Of a DNA stretch of 64,000 bases, positions 10,617 through 20,947 are shown piece by piece. The stretch is taken from assembly GCA_964637185.1 (NCBI GenBank), contig CAZWVB010000002.1:1375-65374 (forward strand). Direction: 5' to 3'. Within the stretch, counting starts at the first letter, position 1. The number at the start of each line of letters is the position of its first letter. The translations under genes and the position numbers were made by a program. This DNA is from an uncultured Candidatus Saccharibacteria bacterium (GTDB taxonomy: Bacteria; Patescibacteriota; Saccharimonadia; CAILAD01; BJGX01). The notes beneath the pieces were generated by a model. The model did not search any database, was not told the DNA's origin, and saw only the letters and a list, made by a program, of their open reading frames with translations.

Positions 10617-13600
10617 CTAGAAAGCTTGCCAATAAAAACTGGTAGTGGATGCCTGAACGGTGTTTAGCTCTATATCAAAACCTGTTGTAGTAACATTGGT
10701 TGCGCGATACTGACCGTTTACAAAATCTTTGGGGGTCAAACTAATATTTGGAGCCGCTGAAAAAGCAGTAGAAAACGAAACATGAGTACTAGTATTACCT
10801 GCTGACACAGCTGCATTCCCTACATTGTTACCACCGAGTTGCAACCTGCCATTGACATTGGTGGTGCCATCAAAGTTGGCGGTGCCAGTGAAGTGCACTA
10901 AGCCGTTGTATGTAGCTAAGGCGTTGTGGGTTTCGGATCCATTGATCGTACTTGTGCCATTGACAGTAAGGCCACCATTTAGCACTACGTCGTCGGTAAT
11001 TGTAATTAGGCCCGGAGTACTAAGGTCAATACGTGTCTGCAAGGCTGCCAGCTGAGCTTGTGCCTCCTTAAGGCCAGCAATCATGAAGGTATTGAGGTAG
11101 CCATAGTTAATTGTTTTAAGCCCAGTGATCGAATCGGTTTGGACAACCTCTGGCAAATATTGTTCTACTTGCTGAGCAGTAAAGCCATATTGAGTTGACG
11201 GCTCCGTCAGCGGGTCTGATCCTGCTGCCACCCAAGCCTCGTAATCACCCTTCCACTGATAAGTTATGGGCTGCAGGGCTCCAAGCTTCGCTAGAGTTCC
11301 TAACACATTCATATCAACAATGTTCGTCTTGAGTGATTCATCCGATGTACAACTCCAGCCAGTACCTGTTACTACTGTACACTGTGTGCCGGCCGAGCCA
11401 TTGAATCGAGTGACATTAGTAGTTGATGTGTCGGTTAGCTCAAGTTTGAAAGCAGGGGAGAGCGTATCAATGCCTACACTGCCGCCCATAATTGCCATGG
11501 TATTACTTTGGGATACTGTACCAACCCCTGCGTTCAAGCCTATTCCTACAGAATTGGAACCACTCACAATAATGTCCCGACCAAAAGCTGTACTTTCGTT
11601 CCCGCTGGCTTCGGTATTGTCGCCCCAAGCAGTTGCATAGTTATTTGAAGCAATTGTAGAAATGCCCCAAGCTGTCGAAGCATTACCAGACGCAGTGGTA
11701 TTAGTACCGAAAGCTGTTGAGTCTGTGCAGGTAGATTGGTTCCCCGCCCCCCATGATGTGGCCCCAAACCCAAATGGACAATTGAGACCACCATTGGTAA
11801 CATTACCCGAACCCCAAGCCGTGTCTAGTAGACCCGATACCTGATTTCCCTGACCAAAAGCGGTGCCAAATCCAGCACTAGCAACATTCGTGTCCCCCCA
11901 CACGGTTGAACGATCACCACTAGCCGTATTGCTACTGCCAAAAGCCAACGAACTATCGCCGCTAGCAGTAGTGTTTAGTCCAAAAGCAGTTGCTCGGCGG
12001 TTATTGGCAAGTGTTCCAGTACCAAAGGCAGTCGATGCACCATAATATGCTTGATTACCAAGGCCCCAAGCCGTCGCCCCCTCACCAAACAGCGCACTGC
12101 TATTTACAATATTGCCACTACCCCACGTGGTATCAGCACTATTTTGAGCTTGATTGTTTCGCCCCCAAACGGTAGAATCTCCCCCGCTAGCTATATTTAA
12201 GTATCCCCAAGTCGTTGCCCTACCAGCGCTCGCTGTAGTTTCCTGACCCCATGCTGTTGAGGTATCACCAGATGCCACTGTACCTAGACCAAAAGCTGTA
12301 GCACGACGGGCATGCGCATAGCTACCACTCCCCCAAGCAGTTGCCGAAGCGCCAAATGGTGTACCCGAGCTGTCGGCTATTGTTCCCACACCCCACGCGA
12401 AGTCATCAGCTGACAACGCTTGAGTGTTAGCGCCAAATGAAACAGCCGCATCTGCACTGGCTACAGTTTGACGACCAATTGCCAACGAATAAGAACCAGA
12501 AGCAGTAGTTTGATACCCAAACGCCGTTGCGCCAGCACCTGTGGCATTTGTATCATCTCCAAATGCAGTTGATCGTGATCCACTTGCGATTGTTGAGTTA
12601 CCAAAAGCCGTGGAGTCGGTACAAAGCGATTGATTACTACTACCCCATGCTGTGGCGCGTTCACCAAATGGACAGCCAGCTCCCGCATTTGTGAGGTTTC
12701 CAACTCCCCAAACAGTATCATTTATAGTGGTGGTGGTGTTCGCCTGTCCAAAAGCAGTCGAGATAGGGCCTGCTGAAGTATTTTGGTAACCCCAGGCTGT
12801 GGAGCGGTCACCACTGGCGGTGTTGGCATTCCCCCATGCTGTAGATTCAGAATTTGTGGCATTGTTATCAAACCCCCACGTAGTAGAACGCATCCCACTA
12901 GCATCAGACGATTCGCCCCATGCAGTACTTTCGTATCCTATTGCGTTACTTCCACCAAAACCAGTTGCGTAACTATTTTGAGCAGTGCCAGCTCCCCAAG
13001 CAGTAGCTGCCTCTGTACCTACAAATGCAATCGCGCCATTGCCCCAAGCAGTAGAGCGACTGCCATTGGCTTGGGTGTTTATACCCCACGCAGTCGATTG
13101 TCCACCATTGGCAATAGTGGTATTGCCCCAAGCTATGTTTTCATTGCCAGATATTGTGCCTGCCTTGGTGTTGTACCCCAGAGCAACTGAGCGAGTGCCG
13201 GCAGCTTGAGTCGCTTCGCCTCCTGCAAATGACTCGTAGCCACTTGCTGCACCAGCATTAAGAGAGAAAGCATATTGTCCGCTAGCAACAGAGGTGTTTG
13301 AGGCAAACGAAGCGTTACCACTAGCAACCGATCCATTACCGCTTGCGGTTGCATATATATTGGTAGCTTGGGTACTTTGACCCCAGGCAAAAGCATCTTG
13401 GGCGCTGGCCAAAGTACTTTGGCCCAAGGCCGTGGACCAGTTTGCACTAGCAGTATTGGTATTACCAAAGGCAATCGATCCTGTGCCACTAGCAGTAGAG
13501 TTATAGCCTGCAAATGAATGTGCCCCACTGGCTATTCCCGAACCGGTGGCCAAACTATAATCCCCACTTGCCGTACCGTTCGCTAACGCCGTAGCCGCCC

Positions 13601-16100
13601 GCCCGCTTGCAGCAGAACTCTCGCCAAACGCAGCTGAATAGAAATTGTTTGCTGTCGTATTTATGCCAAAAGCGACTGAGTTATTACCGCTGCTTTGGTT
13701 AGCTCGTGCGTTATTACCATAGGCAAATGAATAGGTATTGTAAGCTATCCCAGTACCACCAGCAAACGAAGCTGTTCCACTTGCAGCAGCACTATTTGTT
13801 GAAAAAGAACCGTCGCCACTAGCAACAGAGTTATTTGCTGCAAATGAATATTGACCACTCGCTACCGAGCCATTACCACTAGCGGTGGCATAGTTGTTTG
13901 TGGCCTGAGTGTTGACACCCCAGGCAAAAGCATCTTGGGCATTGGCCAATGTACTTTGGCCAAGTGCAGTAGACCATGTCCCACTAGCAGTAGTAGCATT
14001 TCCAAAGGCGATTGATCCGGTGCCACTGGCAGTGCCAGTATAGCCCGCAAAGCCATATGCGCCGCTGGCCAGCCCAGAACCAGTTGAGAGGCTATAATCT
14101 CCACTGGCTGTGCTGGCGCCTAGTGCTGTTGACCCTCGGCCAGATGCAGTAGAGCCTTCGCCAAACACTGCTGAATAAAAGTTGTTAGCTTGGGTATTGA
14201 TACCAAAAGCCACCGAATTATTACCCGATACATTGTTTGCACGAGCGTTCTGGCCAAAGGCAAACGAATAAGCATTGGCAGCTGTACCTGTTCCGCCGGC
14301 AAAAGAAGCGCCGCCGCTGGCGGTGCCCCCTGCAAAAGCCACCGCACTACCTCCATTAGCAACACCGCCAGCTACACTAAAATCATAGTTGGTATCAAAG
14401 TAGGCACGTTGGACACCATTGGTGCGAATTCTGAAATCTTGATTGTTATTAGTGCCAATATAGTCGCCTGCTCCTACTACATTCCCAGTCAGCAACCAGC
14501 CTGGAGTTGACACGGAAAAACATTGGAAATAACTTCCACCATTTTCAGAACATTGGAATGATCCAGCCCCCGAGTCGTAGTAAAAGCGACCTGTACCGGC
14601 GGGTGCCACAGCTATCCCCGTAGTACCATTTACAGTCACGGCACCAGCACCAACATTTAGAAGTGAGCTTGGCGTACTTGTCCCCACCCCGACTCGTTGA
14701 TTTAACGTATCTACATCAAGTACAACAGTAGTGTCATCTGCCTGACGAACTTGAAAAGCGTCAGTAACGTTACTATCCGGGCTTACATATATTGGCCGCT
14801 GGGTAGCACCGCCAACTACTCCAATCTGATACCCACCAGCTATACCAGCACCACTAAACTGAATTGCATACGGATCAATAATGCCGGTAACGTCTAAATC
14901 TCCATTGACACTGAGCGCCTTGCCGCCAACAGGTGCGCCGCCAATACCCACTTCACCGGCTGTATTGATAGTAAGTCGAGTGATCCCTCCTGTTTCGAGT
15001 TCTAAATTATTCCCATCGTTAGTACCAACTACCAAAGTTGCACCTGTGCTATTACCACCATCACATATTATTGTAAGTGATCCTGGACAAGCCGAGTCAA
15101 AATTAATTGCCAGGTTGCCAGCAGCAGTCAATCGGCCTTGGGCATCGACAGTAAATGTGGCCACTTGGGTTGAGGAACCATAACTACCTGCCGTAACAGC
15201 TGTATTATCCAAATTGAGAGTAATATTGTTGGTTGCAGATGCCGTCGAACTAAGACCAACACCACCTAGTACAGAAAGTGTATCACCTTGTGAAATTGTT
15301 TGGCTCGGTCCAATATCGGCTGCCGCGCTAAATAAATTACCTCCGGTTACTATACAGGTTGGACAGCTAAAATCAACCGTATTTATCCCTGTACTAGCCA
15401 CAATCGGGCCAGTACCGGTAAGAGTAACAGCTGGCCCGGTTTGGCCATTGATAGAGGTAATATTCCCACCTCCACCACCAGCAGCTACACATGAAAAACT
15501 ACTACCATTCCAAAATAATGCTTGGCCACCAACACAGGTTGGTGAATTTATGCTAATCGTACCGGTCGTAGTAATTGGTCCACCTTGTAGCCCGTTTCCA
15601 GTGTTAATTTGAGTAACTGATCCAGCTCCGGCAGGTCCCTGTGAACCTTGCGGACCCTGCGCGCCCGTTGTTCCTGGTGATCCGGCAGGCCCAGTCGGTC
15701 CCTGAGGGCCAGGTACGTTAGATGTATTGTTATTGGTGATTTGTTGATTAATTTCTTGGTTGGTAAGCTGAGTCTGGCTTATAAACTGTTGTAATTGGGG
15801 GCTCAGTTGCTCAACCGTAACACTCCCAACTGATAATTTAGCCCCACTGATGGTTCCATTTGGGATGTTATTAATAGTAGTAAACGTACTGGTCTGGCAA
15901 TTGTTCCTAATACCTAAAAAACGCATATACCAAACATCACTACATAAACCGCGCAACAATATAATCACTATTAATAGCAAGAATGCTAGACCTATCAAAA
16001 GCCAAATCAGCCAATGCGACTTTTTGGTGATCTCGTTATATTCAGATTGGTGATTTAAATTACTCGATTGTTGCACGGTCTTCCAAAGCTTATATACCAA
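10617..16100 (-). CDS. Giant (1827 aa) type-II membrane-anchored fibre protein. It carries a collagen-like triple-helix segment, phage-tail-fibre-like SxAxG repeats and a Peptidase S74-type intramolecular chaperone domain.
   Basis: N-terminal cytoplasmic stretch then one TM helix (HWLIWLLIGLAFLLLIVIILL). Gly-X-Y repeats (GPQGPTGPAGSPGTTGAQGPQGSQGPAG). Long arrays of the ~14-aa unit STAWG-N-ASG (as in phage tail fibre repeats). Near the C-terminus, CTSDESLKTNIVDMN…LQPITYQWK matches the S-x4-K…N-I auto-cleaving chaperone motif of endosialidase-type tail spikes. About 130 further residues share a C-terminal module with the next gene. Confidence 0.8.
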   Translation of the reverse strand: MVYKLWKTVQQSSNLNHQSEYNEITKKSHWLIWLLIGLAFLLLIVIILLRGLCSDVWYMRFLGIRNNCQTSTFTTINNIPNGTISGAKLSVGSVTVEQLSPQLQQFISQTQLTNQEINQQITNNNTSNVPGPQGPTGPAGSPGTTGAQGPQGSQGPAGAGSVTQINTGNGLQGGPITTTGTISINSPTCVGGQALFWNGSSFSCVAAGGGGGNITSINGQTGPAVTLTGTGPIVASTGINTVDFSCPTCIVTGGNLFSAAADIGPSQTISQGDTLSVLGGVGLSSTASATNNITLNLDNTAVTAGSYGSSTQVATFTVDAQGRLTAAGNLAINFDSACPGSLTIICDGGNSTGATLVVGTNDGNNLELETGGITRLTINTAGEVGIGGAPVGGKALSVNGDLDVTGIIDPYAIQFSGAGIAGGYQIGVVGGATQRPIYVSPDSNVTDAFQVRQADDTTVVLDVDTLNQRVGVGTSTPSSLLNVGAGAVTVNGTTGIAVAPAGTGRFYYDSGAGSFQCSENGGSYFQCFSVSTPGWLLTGNVVGAGDYIGTNNNQDFRIRTNGVQRAYFDTNYDFSVAGGVANGGSAVAFAGGTASGGASFAGGTGTAANAYSFAFGQNARANNVSGNNSVAFGINTQANNFYSAVFGEGSTASGRGSTALGASTASGDYSLSTGSGLASGAYGFAGYTGTASGTGSIAFGNATTASGTWSTALGQSTLANAQDAFAWGVNTQATNNYATASGNGSVASGQYSFAANNSVASGDGSFSTNSAAASGTASFAGGTGIAYNTYSFAYGNNARANQSSGNNSVAFGINTTANNFYSAAFGESSAASGRAATALANGTASGDYSLATGSGIASGAHSFAGYNSTASGTGSIAFGNTNTASANWSTALGQSTLASAQDAFAWGQSTQATNIYATASGNGSVASGNASFASNTSVASGQYAFSLNAGAASGYESFAGGEATQAAGTRSVALGYNTKAGTISGNENIAWGNTTIANGGQSTAWGINTQANGSRSTAWGNGAIAFVGTEAATAWGAGTAQNSYATGFGGSNAIGYESTAWGESSDASGMRSTTWGFDNNATNSESTAWGNANTASGDRSTAWGYQNTSAGPISTAFGQANTTTTINDTVWGVGNLTNAGAGCPFGERATAWGSSNQSLCTDSTAFGNSTIASGSRSTAFGDDTNATGAGATAFGYQTTASGSYSLAIGRQTVASADAAVSFGANTQALSADDFAWGVGTIADSSGTPFGASATAWGSGSYAHARRATAFGLGTVASGDTSTAWGQETTASAGRATTWGYLNIASGGDSTVWGRNNQAQNSADTTWGSGNIVNSSALFGEGATAWGLGNQAYYGASTAFGTGTLANNRRATAFGLNTTASGDSSLAFGSSNTASGDRSTVWGDTNVASAGFGTAFGQGNQVSGLLDTAWGSGNVTNGGLNCPFGFGATSWGAGNQSTCTDSTAFGTNTTASGNASTAWGISTIASNNYATAWGDNTEASGNESTAFGRDIIVSGSNSVGIGLNAGVGTVSQSNTMAIMGGSVGIDTLSPAFKLELTDTSTTNVTRFNGSAGTQCTVVTGTGWSCTSDESLKTNIVDMNVLGTLAKLGALQPITYQWKGDYEAWVAAGSDPLTEPSTQYGFTAQQVEQYLPEVVQTDSITGLKTINYGYLNTFMIAGLKEAQAQLAALQTRIDLSTPGLITITDDVVLNGGLTVNGTSTINGSETHNALATYNGLVHFTGTANFDGTTNVNGRLQLGGNNVGNAAVSAGNTSTHVSFSTAFSAAPNISLTPKDFVNGQYRATNVTTTGFDIELNTVQASTTSFYWQAF

Positions 16101-16128
16101 GTATAAGCGCTATTGAGCAGTGTTACAA

Positions 16129-18474
16129 CTATTCTTGTGCTTGCCAATCAAACTTGGTGTCAGTAGTCTGAGCTGATTCCAACTCAATAGTAAATCCGCT
16201 GGCCGATTTGGACTTCAGCCAATAGCGTCCGCCGGTATCACTACTCGGGCTAACAACGATATTTGGCGTCTTCGAATACGATGTCGAGAAACTATATCCA
16301 CCGGACTTCTGGCCAGCTGGAATAACAACTGTACCGCGGGTGTTGGCGTTCCCACTCACTATGCCTTTTATTATTATATTGCCACCTATGGTAACATCGC
16401 CGCCAAACTCGACAGCTTTGCTATCGGCGAGTTGTTTGAGCGCATCCATGCTAGTACCAGTAGCTGAGTTTTTTAGTGTGTCTATTTGTTTTTGTTGCTC
16501 TTGAACTGCAGAGACCAGATAGGGGATGAGGCCATCTTTGCTCAGAGTTTTGGTGCCATCGGGCAGTTGCGATACTAGACCTGGCAATACTTTTTCAACT
16601 TCTTGTGCGATGAATCCTGCTACTGCTTGGCCATCCGGTGAAGTTTTCCAGTTGTATGTAACACCTCGAAGCTCCATGATCTTGTCCAGCCCTCCATTGA
16701 TACTTAAGATGTTTTGCTTAAGTTTTTCATCCGATACACAACTAAGCGATCCGAGCCCAGTGTCTACCGTACACGTACCTGAAGTACCAGTAAAATTGGC
16801 TGGTGTATCGTCTGAAGTGTCGACTACACTAAGCCTGTTTGTAGGACTGCCAGCGCCAATGTTGAAATTCCCATCCTTATCAACACGGCTGACTACAGTA
16901 CCAGCCAATCCGCCACCAGTTTGCCATTGAGTAAGATCACCTGTTTGGCCAGTGATGCCCTGTACCACAAGAGGTTTATCAGTAGTTGCTGCGGAGTGTA
17001 CAATCAGTGATGCATTTGAATCATCAACAAAACTGGTTTTTGGGTTGATAGTCAATTTGGTACCCCCTGGTGGCGCGGCTAGACAGAAAAATGTGCCCAG
17101 TACCGAGCTGGGAGTAAGATTGTTTGCACAAGCACCAATCGAGACTTTACCTTCAAAATAATTGTTACTGTTGTAGCCTTCAGATACGAGATTGGCGCTG
17201 CCGACTGATCCACTTTGCTGATACTGGATATCAATACCCACTTGGTGGCTAATGGTGTTTGGCTCATAAAGTGTTGGGAAGCCAAGAAAGGCAAGTGAAG
17301 GGTCCTGGGGATCAACTATGGTATTGCCTGAGTAATAATCTATTACGCCATTGAGTGATCCGCCGTTGTAGGTAATAGGAATAGTCGCGCTGCCAAATGC
17401 GTAGGCTATATCACCAGAGCCAAAATTGGATACTGTATTGAGTTGGGCTGCTTGCATAAATACCGTACCGCTACCAGCATGTGTTACCGCGTTCATTACT
17501 CCGCCATTGAGATAGAAGTCTTTCGAGTTGTCCTTGTCAGTCTGCAGGGCCGAATACCCACCAGCATAAATGTTTTTATTACCACCGGCAACGGTTCTAA
17601 AACCAAGAATGCTCCCTAATATGACTGGAGCATATTGCGGATTGGCCAGCAATTCGTTGGCAGTGCCAACAAAAATGCTTCCTGGATTTGGATTGTTTGT
17701 TGAAATCTGTTGTACGGATAGAATACGTTGGATATCGTCATTGGAGAATAATGGACCCGTATCTAGAATGGACGTATTTGGAGTAGACTGCGCCCCCACC
17801 AACAAATAATTGTCTACCTTTGCTGCACCATTGACCTCGAGACTAAGTGCTGATATCGAAGGCACACTAGTGTTGACCCCCACAAAATTGGTAGCGGTAC
17901 TAACACTCAATACTGGCGCGGCCGAAGCATTCTGCACAGAAAAGGCCGATACTGAGTTGCTACTGTTGCGAAATATCTGATTGGTACCAGTGAAGGCCTG
18001 GAAGTTCTTATTGGTATAGGCGATAAATGGATCGAGCTGGCTTGGCTGCAACACACCACTAATATTGTTAGCTTGGAGGTTGGTAATGCCGCTTCCATTA
18101 CCCTGCAGATTGGCTGCCGTAATCGTACCTGTGGCGGTGATATCGCCGTTTACAGCCAGCACACCCTGTTGTGCTTGAGCCAGGGGCTGATTACCTAGAT
18201 TGAAGCTTACCGGCTTGTAGCGCTCAGCGGGGTTGGCAAACTGGCTTACCTGGCTACGATTGCGCCATATCAAAATTACTGCTGTAGTAAATAGCAGCAG
18301 CAATGCAATAGCCGCAGCTATCCAAAGTGCTTGATAGAATCGATTACGCCGATGCAACTTGGCGATCTCGGCATTTTCAGCCGAAACTGCCGCGTCAGTC
18401 GATTGACCTTGCAGCTGTCCAGAAAAAGTCGCTTGTTCCAACGAAACATTTGGTGTGTTTGTTTCTCCGTCCAC
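16129..18474 (-). CDS. Second (781 aa) type-II membrane-anchored fibre-like protein with a Peptidase S74-type intramolecular chaperone domain.
   Basis: GTG start. TM helix (ALWIAAAIALLLLFTTAVILIW). Motif CVSDEKLKQNILSINGGLDKIMELRGVTYNWK. Its C-terminal ~90 aa (…TPNIVVSP…GFTIELESAQTTDTKFDWQAQE) are shared with the 1827-aa protein (…APNISLTP…GFDIELNTVQASTTSFYWQAF). Only 28 nt separate it from the downstream gene. Confidence 0.75.
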   Translation of the reverse strand: MDGETNTPNVSLEQATFSGQLQGQSTDAAVSAENAEIAKLHRRNRFYQALWIAAAIALLLLFTTAVILIWRNRSQVSQFANPAERYKPVSFNLGNQPLAQAQQGVLAVNGDITATGTITAANLQGNGSGITNLQANNISGVLQPSQLDPFIAYTNKNFQAFTGTNQIFRNSSNSVSAFSVQNASAAPVLSVSTATNFVGVNTSVPSISALSLEVNGAAKVDNYLLVGAQSTPNTSILDTGPLFSNDDIQRILSVQQISTNNPNPGSIFVGTANELLANPQYAPVILGSILGFRTVAGGNKNIYAGGYSALQTDKDNSKDFYLNGGVMNAVTHAGSGTVFMQAAQLNTVSNFGSGDIAYAFGSATIPITYNGGSLNGVIDYYSGNTIVDPQDPSLAFLGFPTLYEPNTISHQVGIDIQYQQSGSVGSANLVSEGYNSNNYFEGKVSIGACANNLTPSSVLGTFFCLAAPPGGTKLTINPKTSFVDDSNASLIVHSAATTDKPLVVQGITGQTGDLTQWQTGGGLAGTVVSRVDKDGNFNIGAGSPTNRLSVVDTSDDTPANFTGTSGTCTVDTGLGSLSCVSDEKLKQNILSINGGLDKIMELRGVTYNWKTSPDGQAVAGFIAQEVEKVLPGLVSQLPDGTKTLSKDGLIPYLVSAVQEQQKQIDTLKNSATGTSMDALKQLADSKAVEFGGDVTIGGNIIIKGIVSGNANTRGTVVIPAGQKSGGYSFSTSYSKTPNIVVSPSSDTGGRYWLKSKSASGFTIELESAQTTDTKFDWQAQE

Positions 18475-18545
18475 CCTTCCTCACTTGTGTGCTTTCTCAC
18501 AACAATTGTAGCTCTTATGCTTTTAGATTGCAATCTTATCGCTAT

Positions 18546-18800
18546 CTATACATTGGCAAACAAGGTGACTACACCACTACGTACCCGCAATATGCCGCGC
18601 TCGAGATGAAATCGCCTCTTGCCATACGGTGTATCCAGACTGACTGGACCTTGGCTGATGATACTGACAAAGTTGGCATGTTCAGGTAATATATCAAACG
18701 TGCCCTGACTATTGGCTGCAGTCAAACTAAACGCTTCGCCTTCATAAAAAACCTCAAAAGGGGAGTAGAGTTTGACCAAAAAACGCTCAGTGCGATCCAT
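18546..18800 (-). CDS. F1-ATPase epsilon-subunit-like protein. Beta-sandwich domain only, 84 aa.
   Basis: Aligns to the epsilon N-terminal domain (…G.FDILPEHANF…GG.L.V…VT.LA). It follows the beta-like gene in the canonical alpha-gamma-beta-epsilon order. The C-terminal helical hairpin of canonical epsilon is absent. Confidence 0.65.
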   Translation of the reverse strand: MDRTERFLVKLYSPFEVFYEGEAFSLTAANSQGTFDILPEHANFVSIISQGPVSLDTPYGKRRFHLERGILRVRSGVVTLFANV

Positions 18801-18805
18801 ATTAT

Positions 18806-20131
18806 TTACTGTATGGTTAATATTTCCTCGACTGCTGCCAAAGTCTCTTCACGTCCCACGTACTGGCCCTGTTTGCCAGTCAGCGGCTGGGTTACAAACA
18901 GTGGCTGCTGAAATAGCTCAATCAAGCGTTTGGCCTTGCTATAGGCTTGGCGATCTTGTACTGACAATTCGGCTTCACCTATGATCGTGACTATTCCCTT
19001 CAAATCTTGATACTTCTGTAGCACTTTTTGAGCCTCCATAGCCAAGAAGTAGTGCTTCTCGCCTACTATTTCCGGACTTAGCAAAGAGCTACTTGTGTTG
19101 ACCAGATCTACTGCCGGCAGGATGCCTTGCTCCATAATTTCTCGGCTAAGCACAATTACACTGTCCAGTTGCTGGTATATCTCCACCACAGCTGGGTCCG
19201 ATAGATCATCGGCTGGTATATATATCGACTCCACGCTCGTGATAGAACCATTTTCATTCGAGTCAAGTCCTGCTTGAAATCGAGATAGGTCTGTGAACAG
19301 ACTAGGTTGATAGCCACCCTCGCTTAGTCTTTCACCACGCAGCATGGCCAGCTCATTGCCAGCCTGCAAAAATCTGTAGATATTATCAACGAAGAAAAGT
19401 ACATCGGTTTTTTCTTGATCCCGAAAGTGCCTGGCTGAAGCAGCTGCTATCTGGCCAACCAACCAACGACGAACTGCTGTCTCATCCATTTGACCCAGAT
19501 ACATTACTGTTGATTGCATCAACTTGGTTTCTTCAAGGGTCATGTACAGCTCATGTGCCTCTCTTATCCTCTCACCAATACCTGCAAATATCGAAACCCC
19601 TAGCTTGCGTTTGCAAACATTGTGCATCAATTCTGTGGTAAGTACTGTTTTACCAACTCCCGAGCCACCGACTATACCAATCTTGCGACCACGTACAAAT
19701 GGCGCCAAGAAATCAACCACCTTGATACCAGTCTCAAGTAAATCAGCACTAGCGCCATAACCTGATTTACCGGTATGCCGATAGGCTTCCAGCGGAAACA
19801 GTTGTGTTTTGTTATGATCTTCTGTGGACATCAGATTGTTGTGCTGACAATCCCAGACACCACCTAAAGCAGACTTACCGCTGCAAAAACTGATTGTATT
19901 TGTCGATGCCTCGACTACTTCACCTAGACCTATCTCGTCTTGGGTTCCAAGGCTTAGACACGTCACTCGTGTTGAATGCTGCTCAACCACCATAAGTTGT
20001 GTCATGTGCGTGTTCTTGGCAGTCAATAAAGCAAACTGGCTGAGCACAGGCATATTATTACTCCATTCGACCTCAACTAAAATATTATCGATTGCTACCA
20101 CTCTGCCGGTATTCATGATTGATAACTCCAT
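18806..20131 (-). CDS. F1-ATPase beta-subunit-like catalytic P-loop protein. Divergent, 441 aa.
   Basis: GRKIGIVGGSGVGKTVLTTELMHNV (canonical GGAGVGKTV). IFAGIGERIREAHELY (canonical VFAGVGERTREGNDLY). LFFVDNIYRF and GSITSVESIYIPADDLSDPA are also present. The DELSEED region is degenerate (EAELSVQD). Confidence 0.85.
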   Translation of the reverse strand: MELSIMNTGRVVAIDNILVEVEWSNNMPVLSQFALLTAKNTHMTQLMVVEQHSTRVTCLSLGTQDEIGLGEVVEASTNTISFCSGKSALGGVWDCQHNNLMSTEDHNKTQLFPLEAYRHTGKSGYGASADLLETGIKVVDFLAPFVRGRKIGIVGGSGVGKTVLTTELMHNVCKRKLGVSIFAGIGERIREAHELYMTLEETKLMQSTVMYLGQMDETAVRRWLVGQIAAASARHFRDQEKTDVLFFVDNIYRFLQAGNELAMLRGERLSEGGYQPSLFTDLSRFQAGLDSNENGSITSVESIYIPADDLSDPAVVEIYQQLDSVIVLSREIMEQGILPAVDLVNTSSSLLSPEIVGEKHYFLAMEAQKVLQKYQDLKGIVTIIGEAELSVQDRQAYSKAKRLIELFQQPLFVTQPLTGKQGQYVGREETLAAVEEILTIQ

Positions 20132-20946
20132 TGGTAAGCCAATGATTCAACATCTCTCCGCCGGCGCAAATAGACATTGAGCTGTCGTCTCGTTTTTTGA
20201 AGCTCAGCCTTAGCTGATTCACTAGCCCGAGACAAACTGTTGTACCTATACGCCAACTGCGAAAGAGTAGACTCGAGCACTATTTGAGTTACAGCTATCG
20301 AGCTCATAGTGCTTTCTAAATACTCAATCACTTCTTCAAGACTTGGCTCAAAAATGTAATCACTCGCAAACATCAGCTCGCTATCGGTACTGCTTGACTG
20401 TTTCTGCAAGCGAGCTACACTTTCATGTAATTCAAACGCCACAACTTGTTGCTCAGTGACTGATTCAAACCTAGCAAAATATAAGGTAACAGTCTTATAG
20501 CCAGATAGGTAGTTGATGATTGGCACCACATTGACCTTGGATTCCAAGCTTGGTAGATGAAATGACTTGCTGACTTCGACGTTGCGACTTGCCAAAAGCT
20601 GAGCCCCACGAGTGCCGATAGTCACAATGTCCGTAGAACGTGTCTTAATACCTTCTAGCATAGTTTGGATAATCTGCTCATCAAGCCCACTAGCAAAACT
20701 CAAGTCAGAACTGATTAGTACTGCCGTACTCCCCGATTTCGGAATTGTTTTTTTTGCCTTTGTGGGCACATCGATCCTCAACTGATCATACATAGCCCAC
20801 AGCTCATGAAAGAATTCCCTCGCCTGCAACACTCGGTCACGAATTTGGCGGATTTGCAGCGAGCTAATATTCTCATAAGCCTGTACTACCTGAGAAATTG
20901 TGCTTAAATCATTGAGTTGGGTCTGTAAATCTTGCAATCTTGCCAT
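20113..20946 (-). CDS. F1-ATPase gamma-subunit-like protein
   Basis: 277 aa. The N-terminal helix MARLQDLQTQLNDLSTISQVVQAYENISSLQIRQIRDRVLQAREF resembles gamma (…I.SV.NT.KIT.AMEMVAA.K.R…). It sits between the alpha-like and beta-like genes and overlaps the beta-like start by 19 nt. Confidence 0.7.
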   Translation of the reverse strand: MARLQDLQTQLNDLSTISQVVQAYENISSLQIRQIRDRVLQAREFFHELWAMYDQLRIDVPTKAKKTIPKSGSTAVLISSDLSFASGLDEQIIQTMLEGIKTRSTDIVTIGTRGAQLLASRNVEVSKSFHLPSLESKVNVVPIINYLSGYKTVTLYFARFESVTEQQVVAFELHESVARLQKQSSSTDSELMFASDYIFEPSLEEVIEYLESTMSSIAVTQIVLESTLSQLAYRYNSLSRASESAKAELQKTRRQLNVYLRRRRDVESLAYQWSYQS

Positions 20947-20947
20947 G

